Of a DNA stretch of 64,000 nucleotides, positions 1 to 12,840 are shown piece by piece. Numbering within the stretch: position 1 is the stretch's first letter; each line of letters begins with the position of its first letter. This stretch comes from Mobula hypostoma (Eukaryota). The notes beneath the pieces were generated by a model. The model saw nothing but the letters and a program-made list of their open reading frames with translations. It ran no database searches and was not told the DNA's origin. The position numbers and the translations under genes are program-made. The stretch covers positions 101,186,001 through 101,250,000 of the forward strand of contig NC_086097.1 of assembly GCF_963921235.1 (NCBI RefSeq), read 5' to 3'.

Positions 1-939
1 AATAATGGACTCTGCCTTTTTGAAACACCTTTCATGCACCTTATTGTTTACCTGCTTTGCACTTTCTCTGTAGCTGTTACACTTTATGACTGATTACTGA
101 TCTGTTACTGATTTACCTTGTTCTACCTCAGTGCACTGTGTAATGATCGGATCTGTATGCAAGACAAGCTTTTCGCCGTACATGTGACAGTAATGAACCA
201 ATCCAATTGCAATATTTACACTAACCCAAACTTGCTAATGCCCTGATTATTCCCGTGTAGATCCAATTGTGGAAAAGATACTCTGGGTGAACAGATTACC
301 ACATTCATCAAGTTACCACAGCAATCAGATCTAACCATCTTTCATAGGTCGGAAGGCATCTTGGGATGTCCTGAGCATTTTGGAAATGCAAGACTTTCAT
401 TTAAACAATAGCCTTTAAGATACAAGAAAGATGTAATGAAGGATAAGCAAACAGATTGATACTCTACACAATGCAGCAGTAGCAATTGTGGCATGAAGAG
501 ATAAAGAACGTTCATCAGAATCTGCGCTTTGTCCTGATACTAGATTATGCATCTTCTATTGAAACCTGCCCCTCTTTGACCTTTTACTGACCTCCCTCCA
601 TGTACACCGTGTATTTTCTCAATTGTCCACACTGGACAGAACTCACTCCTCACCCAATTGAATTTAGCATTTCAATACCTTTCATTCATCTACTTTCCCC
701 TTTCGTTTATCTGTAAATTGTCTGTACCACATTCAAAAACAACACACAATACATTCACACCCTTGATATACCTGAAAATTGCATTGTTCTATTCTGACAG
801 TAACCTGCTACAATCTCACCCCTACCCCCTCCACCTCTAGCCCCCTAACCCATGGTAATGAGGGAGTGTGGCTTGCAATTGTAACAAAAGCTACAGGGGG
901 CTTGCAGTCATACCAAAATATCAACATGCACACACGGGA

Positions 940-1380
940 AGTGGGAACATAAGAAGGCTACCAGACAGAAAGGGCCAGTAATATCATGAAGGATCCCACC
1001 CACCCTGCTTATGGACTGCTTGTCCCACTCCCATCAGGGAGGGTACTATGTAGCATCCACACCAGGACGAGGTGACTCAAAAACAGTTACTTTCCCCAAG
1101 CAGTAAGGCTGATCAACACCTCCATCCACTAACATACCCCTAACCACCACTTCTTATCATTTCCTGTCAGTCACCTTATATACAGCTTCTCCTGTACCTA
1201 CTGTCACTTTATAGACATACAATTGATCTATTTATTTATATTTATTGTGCTTTTATTATTATTGTATTTATCTTTTGTATTTTTTTATGCTGCATTGGAT
1301 GTGGGGTAACAACTATTTCATTCTCCTTTACCCTTGAGTAGAGGAAATGACATAAAACCATCTTGAATCTTGAATCTTGC
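940..1380 (+). mobile_element. 3' remnant of a Rex/Babar-type LINE
   Basis: Degenerate match to the 3' end of the better-preserved copy at 16207-17315 (atcatgaaggatcccacccaccctgct...aaacagttactttcccc), then an AT-rich UTR and a (TCTTGAA)n tail at ~1361-1379. Confidence 0.6.
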
Positions 1381-1539
1381 TCAATTATTTAATAATAGTA
1401 ACATTATCTCCAGATACATGCCTGCCTCCATCACCTTTCACCTCATTGATAATACCTCTGTGATACAATTATTTATTTCAAACCTTTGGCTTCCATGTTA
1501 ATTGAAGAAGTGAGTTCAAAGACTATCAACTCTAGAAAA

Positions 1540-1720
1540 TAGGGAAAAAATGCCTCATTTCTTTATTAAATGAATGACTCCTTATTTTTTACAGTGACCC
1601 TGGGTTCCAGATTCCCATCCTCTCCACCCTATCAAAACACTCAGGATTTTACAAGTCTCAGTCGAGTCCTCCCCCCCTCTTTCAATCTCCAGATACAAGC
1701 CTTCCCTGTTCAGTTCCATG
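1540..1720 (-). mobile_element. Highly decayed CR1 3' fragment
   Basis: Resembles the reverse complement of the CR1 3' coding end (ccttattttt...gtgaccctgggttccagattccc) seen at 14000-14170. Confidence 0.4.
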
Positions 1721-1949
1721 CGCCACCACTGTTCCTCTGAGCCGTTCAGGTGTGTAGCTGCACAGTAACCGGAATGCTCTTACCATTTGTTGCCACACGG
1801 CTGGAACTTTTAATGTTAATAGTATTTTGCAATAATGCTAACGTAATTTTGTAATCCATGTTAATGTAATTGTGAATTACCTGGTAATTAATTAATATAA
1901 TCCATACATTTTCTATGTATACGATAGTATAATCTTTACTTTGAAACAT

Positions 1950-3725
1950 TTTAGAGCTCCAACATCGGTGAAATTATTATGGGGAACAAGGAAATGGCAG
2001 ACAAGCTGAACAGGTACTTTGGATCTGTCTTCACCAGGGAAGACACAAACAATCTCCCAGATGTAATAGTGGCCAGAGGACCTAGGGTAACGGAGAAACA
2101 GAAGGAAATTCGCATTAGGCAGAAAATGGTGTTGGGTAAACTAATGGGACTGAAGGTTGATAAATCCCCAGGGCCTGATGGTCTGCAACTCAGGGTACTT
2201 AAGGATGTGGCTTTAGAAATCGTGGACGCATTGGTAATCATTTTCCAATGTTCCATAGATTTAGGATCAGTTCCTGCGGATTGGAGCTAATGTTATCCCA
2301 CTTTTTAAGGAAGGAGGGAGAGAGAAAACAGGCAATTATAGACCAGTTAGTCTGACATCAGTGGTGGGGAAGATGCTGGAGTCAATTATAAAAGATGAAA
2401 TAGCGGCATATTTGGATAGCAGTAGCAGGATAGATCTGAGTCAGCATGGATTTACAAAAGGGAAAGTCATGCTTGACTAAACTTCTGGAATTTTTTGAGG
2501 ATGTAACTATGAAAATGGACATGGGAAAGCCAGTGGATGTAGTGTACCTGGACTTTCAGAAAGCCTTTGATAAGGTCCCACATAGGAGATTAGAGGTAAA
2601 AATTAGAGCAAATGGTATTGGGGGTAGGGTACTGACATGGATAGAAAATTGGTTGGCAGACAGGAAACAAAGAGTAGGGATTAATGGGTCCTTTTCAGAA
2701 TGGCAGGCAGTGACTAATGGGGTACCGCAAGGCCCGGTGCTGGGACCACAGCTATTTACAATATATATTAATGATTTAGATGAAGGGATTAAAAGTAACA
2801 TTAGCAAATTTGCAGCTGACACAAAGCTGGGTGACAGTGTGGAATATAAGGAGGATGTTATGAGAATGCAGAGTGACTTGGACAGGTTGGGTGAGTGGGC
2901 AGATGCATGGCAGATGCAGTTTAATGTGGATAAATGTGAGGTTATCCACTTTGGTGGCAAGAACAGGAAGGCAGATTACTATCTGAATGGTGTCAAGTTA
3001 GGAAAAGGGGGAGTACAATGAGATCTGGGTGTCCTTGTTCATCAGTCACTGAAAGTAAGCGGACAGGCAGTGAGGAAAGCTAATGGCATGCTGGCCTTCA
3101 TAACAAGGGGACTTGAGTATAGGAACAAAGAGGTCCTTCTGCAGTTGTACAAGGCCCTGGTGAGACCCCACCTAGAGTATTGTGTGCAGTCTTGGTCTCC
3201 AAATTTGAGGAAGGACATTCTTGCTATTGAGGGAGTGCAGCGTAGGTTCACGAGGTTAATTCCAGGGATGGCGGGAATGTCATATGTTGAAAGATTGGAG
3301 CGACTGGGTTTGTATACACTGGAATTTAGAAGGATGAGAGGGGGACTTGATTGAAACATATAAGACTATTAGGGGATTGGATACGCTAGAGGCAGGAAAC
3401 ATGTTCCCGATGTTGGGGGAGTCCAGAACCAGAGGCCACAGTTTAAGAATAAGGGGTAGACCATTTAGAACGGAGTTGAGGAAAAACTTTTTCACACAGA
3501 GGGTTGTGGATCTGTGGAATGCTCTGTCTCAGAAGGCAGTGGAGGCCAATTCTCCGGATTCTTTCAAGAAAGAGTTAGATAGAGCTCTTAAAGATAGCGG
3601 AGTGAAGGGATGTAGGGAGAAAGCAGGAAAAGGGTACTGATTGTGGATGATCAGCCATGATCACAGTGAATGGCGGTGCCAACTTGAAGGGCCAAATGGC
3701 CTACTCCTGCACCTATTGTCTATTG
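1950..3725 (+). mobile_element. 5'-truncated CR1 LINE, disrupted ORF2 reverse transcriptase
   Basis: ORF pieces 1979-2290 (KSPGPDG), 2446-3021 (VYLDFQKAFDKVPH, GVPQGPVLGP, KFAADT with YADD-type motif mutated), 3070-3354 (LYKALVRPHLEYC), 3347-3640 (RTRGHSL). Frameshifts and a stop at 3019-3021. 3' tail ggcctactcctgcacctattgtctattg. Confidence 0.95.
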
Positions 3726-4482
3726 TTACATTGTCAGTATTTCAAGTTACAACACTGTTACAAATTGTAACAATAAACACCGAATGGAAGTTGGTAGGGC
3801 TTGGTGATATGTTTATTGGAGTGCCAAAGTGAAAGATCTGCTTACATCTATAAGTTCTGACATTGATACTGCATCTATTATTCGATTCATTGAATGTGTG
3901 TGTAATCACTTGAATAATAGATTTCCTGATGATGAGTTAAGAGAATGGCAAACTTTTGACCCTGTTGCTATTGCAAACGCAACCAATTTTCAATTTGGAA
4001 AAGAGAATATTGTAAAACTCAGCTACTGTTATGAACGCCGACAAAAATGTTGTCTCAAGAATGTTGCAGCAATACACTGATTTCAAATTTGTTGTTGCTG
4101 AGAAAGTTAAGACTGGTCCAATTAAGACGCTCACTGATATGCTGAACTAGGTGCGTAGAAACGAAGAATTTGAAGAACTGTCAATTCTTCTTAACATCGT
4201 TCGAACAGTTCAAGCTTCCAGTGCCGAGTGCGAACATGGATTCAGTCTTATGAAATCAATCAAATGTAAATCCAGAAACAGACTAGAAGTGGAACATTTG
4301 GATGATCTAAAGTCTGTGATGATCAAAAGTTTGTGATTGTTCAATTTTCATTCTAAATATTCATAGTATGCATACTACAAAAATATTTAAAGCGCCAGGC
4401 TGTTTTCAGGCCATGTAAAAATTTCCTGCTCAGTCCGATGGTCCGCGCAGCTGTAAAGAAAAACAAATTAGAGGAAATATTG
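3726..4482 (+). mobile_element. 3' part of a hAT DNA transposon (transposase pseudogene, C-terminal dimerisation domain)
   Basis: ORFs 3829-4080 and 4151-4336; ASSAECEHGFSLMKSIKCKSRNRL matches the hAT dimerisation motif S-S-A-x-x-E-R-x-F-S...R-N-R-L. Ends in ttagaggaaatattg, a plausible terminal inverted repeat. Confidence 0.8.
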
Positions 4483-4499
4483 TGTACCACCTATCTTTC

Positions 4500-4915
4500 T
4501 GGTTAGAGTCCATCATTTTCAACCCCTCATCATCTCTATCAATCACCTCTCAGTTTCTGTCACTATTTCTAATCTCCTCTCCTCCTGACAGTCCTCCTCA
4601 CATATCGCCAGTCAGCTCTTCCTCCACTCCTTCACACTGGACACCTCCCCTCTATCAATCAGTCCAGCTGAAGGATCTTGACACAAAGGTTGACTGCCTA
4701 CTATCTTGCATTACAATCTTTGTACCATTCTGTTGTTTTACCATTGATACTGCATTTCTTATTAAAATGCAGACTGTTTACTCTGAAAGCTTCACACAAA
4801 CAAGCAATTTCATTGAACCCCGGTGTATATCCTAATAAACTAATATGAATTTCTCTCCACAGATGCTGCCTGACCTGCTGAGTTCCTCCAGCAAATCGTT
4901 TTGTTTTGCTTTAGC
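4500..4915 (+). mobile_element. Penelope pseudo-LTR remnant with decayed hammerhead, split by a ~150-bp insertion
   Basis: cagtccagctgaaggatcttgacacaaaggttgactg (~4660) and cacagatgctgcctgacctgctgagttcctccagc (~4858) correspond to the pLTR at 17794-17900. Confidence 0.6.
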
Positions 4916-5449
4916 ATAACACTCCAGGTCAATACTACATAGTCCCACCCTGTCAAAGGGCAGAAGGTAAGCCTGAACAGTATCTGCCTTGGAGAGTGTG
5001 AAAGTTCTCTCCTGTGGTCTAGCTGGGATTTATCTGTTAACAACACAGGTCTGAGTCCTGTAAGAGAAGCCACCAGTTCCCAGTAGGTCTCCACCACCAC
5101 ATCTTGGGTTCCTGCAGAGATTACTGACTGCTTTCTCAATTGTACTCCAGTGCTGGACTGCGCTTTAGGGAGATGCTGCATCCATTCTTTGGCACCCATG
5201 CACCTCTGCTGACTGTGATGGGAATGGCAACTCCTCTCAAATGGAGGGGACACTGTTCAAGATGCAGTGGTGAGTCTGAAGTAGTAACTTTGAAGAGTAT
5301 TGGTGTTCTCCAGTAGATGGACACTAGGTAATTTTCATTTTTCTGAATTAATTGAGTTTGAGTTTGTAATTGTTTCAAAGTGCTAAGTGCTTTAAAATGT
5401 AATAAGCCATTTATTCCAGCACATGCACTCCTCAGGAGACTCCTCTTCA

Positions 5450-6013
5450 GAGATTCAGCATGTCATCAAAAGCCTTGGCAAACTTCCGAGGATGTGTGGT
5501 GGAAAGTGTGCTGACTGTCTGCATTATGGTTTGGTATGGGAACACCAATGCTGTTGAGTGGAAAATCCCACAAAAGGCAGTGGATTCGGCCCAGCACATC
5601 ACGGGTAAAACTCTCCCAACCTTTGAGCACATCTACATGAAACATTCCCATAGAAAAGCATCATCCATCGTCAGAGATCAGCACCACCCAGGTCATGCTC
5701 TTTTCTCGCTGCGGTCAATAGGCAGAAGGTACCAGAGCCTCAGGACTCACACCACCAAGTTCAACAATGGTCACAACCTCGCAAACATTAGGCTCTTGAA
5801 CAAAGGGGATAGCTACACTCATTTAAGGTCTCTGTTAAATTGTTATTTCATGCTTGTTATTTATTGCTATTTATTTATAACTGCATTTGCACAGTTTCTT
5901 CAGTTAACTGCTGTTTACAGTTTACAGTTACTATTCTATAGATTGCTGAGCGTGCCGGCAGAAAAGGAATCTCAGGGTTGTGTGTACTCTGATAATACAT
6001 TTTACTTTGAACT
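5450..6013 (+). mobile_element. Rex/Babar-type LINE 3' fragment
   Basis: ORF 5460-6017 (LANFRGCVVESVLTVCIMVWYG...AQHITG...HPGHALF) parallels 16700-17057; tail acattttactttgaact. Confidence 0.8.
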
Positions 6014-6720
6014 GTGAACATCAACAACACTGAGGCTGAGGGGACTGAAAACTTCAATTTCTTAGGACTGAACATCAGCAATAGCTTGTCCTGGGCCAGC
6101 CCCACAGACACCATAGCCAAGGAGGCAAACCAGTTTCTCTACTTCCTGAGAAGGCCAAGGAAATCTTGCATGTCCCCTTTGACCCTCACCAATTTTCACA
6201 GCTATGCCACAGAAAGCATTCTATCCTGATAGATCACTACTTTGCCTGTGACCACAAGAAACTGCTAAGAGTGCGAACACAGAAACCAACCTCCCATCCA
6301 TAGACCGTGTCTGCTTTTCTTGTTCCCTCAGCAAAGCAGCCAACATAATCCACCCTGAATATTCTCTGGACCATTGGGCAGAAAAAATATAGAAGACCAG
6401 GCTCAACGACAGCTTCCAGCTGTGTCTGTAAGATTATTGAATGGTCTTCGATATTGTGTTTGTAAGATTATTGAATGGTCTTCTAGTACAATACAGTGGA
6501 CTCTTGCTTGCAGCTATGACCTTGCATCTTATTGACTGCTGCAAGGCACTTGCTTTGTCACTGTATCACTATATTCTATTCTGCATTCTGTTTCTCCTTT
6601 CCCTTGTGTTACCTCAGTGCACTGCTGTGATGAAATTATCTGTATGGATGGCGTGCAAAGCAAAGTTCTTCCCTGTACTGTACCTTGGTGCAAATGGTAA
6701 TAACAAACTAAGTTACTAAT
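6014..6720 (+). mobile_element. Second, more decayed Rex/Babar-type LINE 3' fragment
   Basis: ENFNFLGLNISNSLSW...KEANQFLYFLRR...LTNF parallels SFKFLGVNITNDLTW...KKAHQRLYFLRK in the 16-kb copy. Confidence 0.75.
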
Positions 6721-7559
6721 TTAATGCTTCTGGTAATTTTGTAGTCGTTGGATATCTATTACAGATTTTCATCCAGTTAAACCAGAGGCATTCTTCACCG
6801 TCCTCTCTAATTATTCCCGGATATTTTGTGGGTCAGGCCCCTTCAGGTCACATGACCACTCCCAAAGGAGTGTTAAACTGCCCAGAGTCTTCCCCGAGGA
6901 TTCAGCTGCTTTGGAAGCTGACAAAGGCAAATGTGCCAAGCATTGACTAGTAGTTACCATGTAGGGCAATGGGCAAGTGCTGGGAGGGATTTCTGGACGA
7001 TCATGTTGTTGCAGCATCTTCTATGCTGTTCCAGGAATGGTCATGAAGTTTGGAATTCTTAACGTCATGTTGGAGTGTTACAATTAGTTTTGGTGTCAAT
7101 CACAGTTAGTTCACATATTTAACACTAGGGCAAAATAATGCATCATGCTTTCAACACATTGGTCGTACTCGCCAGCAACACGGCACTGTCCCCACACTAC
7201 AGGTGGGAGGTGGGGAGCAGAATTGCCTCTACCCAGAAACCTGGTGAAAAGCATAATCAATGTGTTTCACTTCTGCTGGGTTCGCTGGCAAGACAGCACA
7301 TACAACAGGGAGCAAGCAACTGGACAGGGCGAGTGAAGATCCATTGGCGTTCCTTGTCTCATAGTGTCTGATTCAGCTTGAGATTTCAAGAGAACAGTGA
7401 GCAGGCTGTATATCTGTCACAATGGCGTATATATAATAATAATCTGTAAAACTCAGAGGTGTGCTGAGTAAGGGAAGAAAGTCAAACTAAACTTAGAATG
7501 TGTCAGTATTACCGTTGAGTAAAGGTATCTGCAGAAGCATGAGAGGAGCTGGCTGAAGT

Positions 7560-8605
7560 TGACTGGAATAATAGTCAGTTGTTACTTGGAGTTTCAAGAG
7601 GCCTTTGACAAAGTGCCACATGTGAGCTGCTAAACAGGGTAAAAGGCCAAAGTATTACAGGAAAGATACTAGTACGGATAGAAGATTGTCTGACTGGCAG
7701 AAAGCCAAGTTTGGGAATAAAGGGGGCTTCTTCTGGTAGGCAGCCACTGTCTAGTGGTTTGTGTTGGTCTGCTGTTTTCAACATTATATGCTAACGAACT
7801 GGATGATAGAATTGATGACTTTGTAGCCAAATTTGCAGATGGTATAAAGATAGGTGGAAGTGAAGATAATGTTGAGGAAGCTGGGAGTCTGCAGAAGAAC
7901 TTGGACAGATTAGGAGAATAGGCAAGGAAGTGACAGATGGAATACAATGTTGGGAAGCATATGGTCATGCACTTTGGTAGAAGGAATAGAGACATATTAT
8001 TTTGTTAACGGAGAACAAATTAAGAAATCCAAGGTGGAGAGGGACTTGAGAGTCCTAAAGTTTAACTCGCAGGTTGAGTTGATAGTAAGGAAGGTAAATC
8101 CAATGTTAGCTTTGATTTCAAGAGAATGAGGATAGAAAAGCAGGATGTCACGCTGAAGTTTTATAAGGCACTTTATATATATCTAAGAGTTTTGCACAGG
8201 ACATTATGGGGAGCATTTGTTGGTTCTAGATCTGTTGTCATGAAGAATGAAGGGGACGTCGTTGAAACCGACTGAATGATGAAAGGCATAGATAGTGTGG
8301 ACACAGGGAAGATGTTTCCAGTAGTGGGAGAGACTGGGACCAGAAGATACAGCCTCTGAATACAAGGATGTCCCTTGAAAATTGAGACAAGGAGGAATTG
8401 CTTTAGCCACAGGGTGGTGAACCTGTGGAGTTCATTGCCTATAACAAGCGAGGTTGATAGATTATTGCTTAGTAAAGGCGACAACATTTACAGGGAGAAG
8501 TCAGTAAAAGGAGTTGAGAGGGATAATAAATCAGCCATAATCGAATGCTATAGCAGATTCAATAGGCCAAATGGCTTAATTCTGCTCCTATATTTTATAG
8601 TCTAA
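7560..8605 (+). mobile_element. Decayed CR1 LINE 3' portion
   Basis: gcctttgaca, gccaaatttgcagatg (KFAD), RRNCFSHRVVNLW and a CR1-type 3' UTR (aataggccaaatggcttaattctgctccta). Confidence 0.85.
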
Positions 8606-9050
8606 GATATTGGAGCAGAATTTGGCCATTCAGCCCATCAAATCTTAACCACTATTCGATCATGGCAGAGTCTGTTTCTTTCATCCCATTCTCCTGCCTT
8701 CTCCTCATCACCCTGAACCCACCTATCAATGAAGAATCAACCAACCTTTGCATTAAGCACATCTGACCTCCTCACCCCTCTGTAGCAAAGAATTATACAG
8801 ATTCAGCACTTTGTGACTAATGAAATTCCTCCACATCTTTAAACTTTAAAGAACTTTAAGGAGTTCTCCCTTTATTCTGAGGCTGTGCCCTCAGATCCTA
8901 GATTTTCCTAATAATGGAAACATCCTCTCCATATCCAAGCCTTTCAATGTGATCCCTCCCCTACCATCCTCTGAACTCCTTCGAGTACTGGACCAGAGAT
9001 ATCAAAATTTCCTCTCATTCCCAGGATCATTTTTGTGAATCTCCTCTGAA
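8606..9050 (-). mobile_element. Decayed CR1 3' fragment, tail-to-tail with the previous copy
   Basis: Begins gatattggagcagaatttggccattcagccc (reverse complement of the CR1 3' end) and continues through the CR1 3' coding region. Confidence 0.75.
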
Positions 9051-9774
9051 GAAAACTACAATAACCGGTGATGAATCTTTAAACTGCTCAAACCCCATGT
9101 CCTTCTTGCTTCTAGCATGGGTATAATGGGCCGATTGTCCACCTCTGCAGTGTTGCCTCTGATTCTATGCTGCAGGATTTGCCAGATGCCCATTATGAGC
9201 TTGGTTTGAACCAGGGTGTGAACGGTAGCAAGATAATGTTTCCATCTGCAGGTGGAAGAGGGGAAAGTGGAGAGAATGGAAAACCTGCCTGCATCTCCTT
9301 AATACATCAGGAAATCCCTTACTATTTAATTAAAATAAAGCCACTCCTATATCAGTGTAGATATGCTCCACAGTGGACAGTGTGGGCAGTGTGACACTTC
9401 CAATCTTCTGTCACCTGTGGTTGTTTGGACGTTTCTTGGCCAATACATTCCCAGCGACTTCTGGACATTTGCAATCCCTTCCGGTCACTCTAAGTTTCTA
9501 ATTTTCTGTGGTTCAAAACCTTGATAGTCCCTTTCCCATTGGGATAGCTTCTCGATCCTTTTGTAAATAGAGGATAAACCAGACACATCCCAGCCCTACC
9601 AACCTCTGCTTGGCTGAACTTGTTTTCATTAAGCAATTCCTGTGCAGAAGAATGCAGCATCACAAGAGGTGACAGAGAATTATGTTGCATCATGGGCATA
9701 AGCTTCCCCACCATTGAGGATATCTTCAAAAGGCAGCATCCATCACTATGGACTCTCACCACCTGACACATACC

Positions 9775-10602
9775 TTGTGCGCATGCGCTGGTCGTGCATA
9801 CAGCCTGGTACAGCCATTCTGATCTATTCTTTTACTTTCTTCTTCTTACTTTTAATTTACATTATTTTTTGTATTTTTTTCTCACGGTAACACGTCGAAG
9901 CTGCACCCTCTCTAACATGCTGGTAGAGAGAGTTTTATTTGGGTTTTCTTTAGCGCTGAAAATGGTTACATCCCGACACGCGGGACAGAAGCATGGTCGC
10001 ATTGTGTATTCCATGGACCAGCAAATTCCAGCTGGCTTAGCGAACAGAGCGGCAGACACCCCTGCTGAAATCCAGAGGAAAACACACAGAGGATGCAGAG
10101 GAGGATCACAAAGCCGAGGAAAGAGGACCGGGTCGAGACAACAGAGACTTTTGGAGAAGAGGAGTTCGGTGGGTAATACCGTTCCGGCTGACCGGAAGGG
10201 CACCGAGAGCGGTAAGCGTGAAGGAGTGGGGTGCTTACTGTTCTGGCTAACAACGGATGATGCAATCCGGGGTATATTACGATCGAGGAACGTGTTTGCA
10301 GACTGGATATTGAACTTTTTACTGTTGGACTTCGGCCACATTCCACCGTGATACAACACTTAGCGGCACGGGAGGTCGATTCCTGCCTCTGGCCATCGAA
10401 CGTGCAGCTCCTCCCGTAGAGGGTCAGACACCCTGAGCCAATAGACTGGTACTGGACTTATTTTCCATCTGGCATAGCTTTGCATTTTGTTGTTTGACTG
10501 TTGGGGTTTTTTGTATTGCTATACTTACGCTGTACTCTTGGTTGGTGCGGCTATAACGAAACCAAATTTCCCTCAGGATTAATAAAGTATATCTATCTAT
10601 CT
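9775..10602 (+). mobile_element. Internally deleted Rex/Babar-like non-autonomous element, nested in an older LINE remnant (~9690-9774 and ~10603-10845)
   Basis: T-rich 5' leader, N-terminal ORF-like peptide (RIVYSMDQ...PAEIQRKTHRGCRGG...DRKGTESGKREG), then directly a 3' UTR ending aataaagtatatctatctatctat. The flanks rejoin as one LINE 3' region and share ATACC. Confidence 0.65.
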
Positions 10603-10879
10603 ATACCCTCTTCTCTACCAGGGAGCAGGTACTGGGATGTAAAAACCCACACTCAGTGATTCAGAAACAGCTTCTTCCCCTCTTCTGTAAGATTTCTGGA
10701 TAATCCATGAACATTACCTCATCATTGACTATCTCTTCCACTAGTTGTTTTTGTAATTTAAAGTAACTTTGTGTCTTTGTACTGTACTTCTGTTGTAAAG
10801 CAAGTATATTTCATGTCGTATAAATCAGTGATAATAAAAATAAGGTTTTGAATGATGCCTTTAATTTGGAGGCCCAAGG

Positions 10880-11500
10880 GACTGCACATGCTGGAATCCG
10901 CAGCAACACACAAAATGCTGGAGGAACGCAACAGGTCAGGCTAAATCTGTGGAAGGAAATGGACAGTTGACATTTTGGGTCAAGACCCTCCATCTTGACT
11001 GTGAAATAACAAAAAGTAGGCTCAGGGAACAGAGGCAGGAGGCAATGGAAGAAGAGCTCAGAATCATGGTGGACATAGAATTCATTGAGGGGCAAGCGCA
11101 AGGAGATGAAGGTGAAGCCCCTGCTGAGGACAGAACGTTCCAGCTCAGAAAAGGAGAGATCAGAGGTGATGGTGAAGTCAAAGCAGGGAATGGAGCTGGG
11201 GTCAGAGGAAAGCAATGGGTTGGAGGGCTTAGGGAGTCAAGGGTTCAGTGGAGTGAAGGGAGGATGAGGGATAACTGTGAGAGACCAGGGTGAGTGGGAC
11301 CTGGTGATGTAAGAGAGGTAAAAGGATCCAGCGGCACTGGTGGGAATCTCGACCTGGAGACAGTGGAAGAACAGCTGTATACCAGCAAGAGGGGCCAATG
11401 AGGGGTTCAGTCCAGATGAAGGGTCTCTACTCCAAATGTTGACTGTCCAGTTCCCTCCATAGATGCTGCCTGACCTACTGAGTTCCTCCAACAGTCTGTG
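10880..11500. mobile_element. Penelope-derived remnant with inverted pLTR/hammerhead ends
   Basis: 10880-11000 (minus) and 11405-11500 (plus) are opposite-facing pLTR ends. The interior (DLSFSELERSVLSRGFTFISL on minus) resembles the Penelope ORF near 20280-20350 (NLQLSEAERSVLSEG/LTFIPL). Confidence 0.7.
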
Positions 11501-11989
11501 AGTTTTGCTCCAGGTTTAACTTCATTTATTATTTTCAAAATGGCTGTTGCTGCTGGACACTTGCTGGGCTTCTCTGCAGAGCTGCCTCTCTATAGAACTT
11601 ACCTGGTTCCAATCGCATTCATGTCCTCCACTTTCTCCTCTTCTTACAGTTCTGCCTCCGAACTGAGTTCCAATATGTCACCACTTTGCTTCCAATTCCC
11701 ATCTCTGAGGACCCACCTCTACCTTACAGAGGGCAGACATCAACTCTCAGACACCTCCTCAACCGACTCTTGAGATCAGCACCCACCATTTGTGAGAACA
11801 TCGGTCTCGCTTCCCCCACCTCTGTCTGGGTTATCCCTTGACTGACTACCACCAGGTCTATAGACAGGCTCGATCCAGTGTCCACCCCAAACTCACAAGT
11901 CCCTGCAAGAACTCTGACATACTTTCTCCCATTAAGGACCTCATTTCTTTCTCCCATTTTCTTGGTCTCCATCAGATCCTTTCAAGTGT

Positions 11990-12192
11990 CAGTGACCTCC
12001 ACATCCACTGTTTCCAAGATGTCTTCTATATTCTTCATCCAAGACTTCCCCTATCCCCTCCCCAATATACACTCTTCGCCACATCTTCTCCAGTGACCTC
12101 CACATCCACTGTTTCCAAGATGTCTTCTATATTCTTCATCCAAGACTTCCCCTATCCCCTCCCCAATATACACTCTTCGCCACATCTTCTCC
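11990..12192 (+). repeat. Perfect 101-bp tandem duplication in a decayed, probably Penelope-derived stretch
   Basis: cagtgacctccacatccactgtttccaagatg starts at both 11990 and 12091. Confidence 0.9.
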
Positions 12193-12479
12193 ACCTCTTG
12201 TCCTTGCCACATCATCCTTCCAAACTGTGATCTGTGGTCAGAGTCTCCCAGTCACCCTCTTCCACTCCCCTTGAAACATCAGCACCAGACTACATGAACA
12301 TTCCAGAGTTTGAACCCCTTCAGAACAAACCACCTTCAACACATGCTACTGCCCCTTCTGTTGTAACACATTTTGTCTAACCTTGCCTTTCACTTCCTCC
12401 TTAGCAACGGTCAGAATGCACAGAAGTCCTGAAAATTGAAAGGATTGCTGACTGAATTTAATAAATGAAATCACTGCTC

Positions 12480-12840
12480 AAGGTGCATATGTCCTCAGTC
12501 TGTAATCCTGACACAGTCACCACCTCACTGAGTTCATGATTGATAGTGGGAGCTCACTTAGACTGCACTTATCATTTCCGTAGACTGCATTCACATACCG
12601 ATCTCCCTGCACTGGGTCATTACCCTTGACCAGGACTCATACTATGATTAGCCCTTCACTCAGTTCACAGTGAGATTGTCCATTTCTGTATTAATGGTGT
12701 GACTTCCCAAGACGTTAACTCCCTTACCCCGTATTCACAGTGTAAACTCCCTTGATCAGTAGTCACGGTGTGATTTTCCTAGGCTGTATTCATGGTTTGA
12801 TGTCCCTGCAGTATATCCTCAGTGTGATTTCACTTGCACA
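12480..12840. repeat. Degenerate ~28-bp satellite edge
   Basis: Recurrent gtattcacagtgt / gtgtgat motifs at ~28-bp spacing. Confidence 0.6.

Noticed and set aside
2556..2960. Antisense ORFs over CR1 (also 14516-14917 and 13973-14434)
   Set aside because: Shadow frames on the strand opposite the RT.
4840..9771. Other possible minus-strand exons (~4.9-5.3, ~6.8-6.9, ~9.6 kb)
   Set aside because: Acceptor-like sites exist but there is no convincing donor, codon bias or recognisable peptide.
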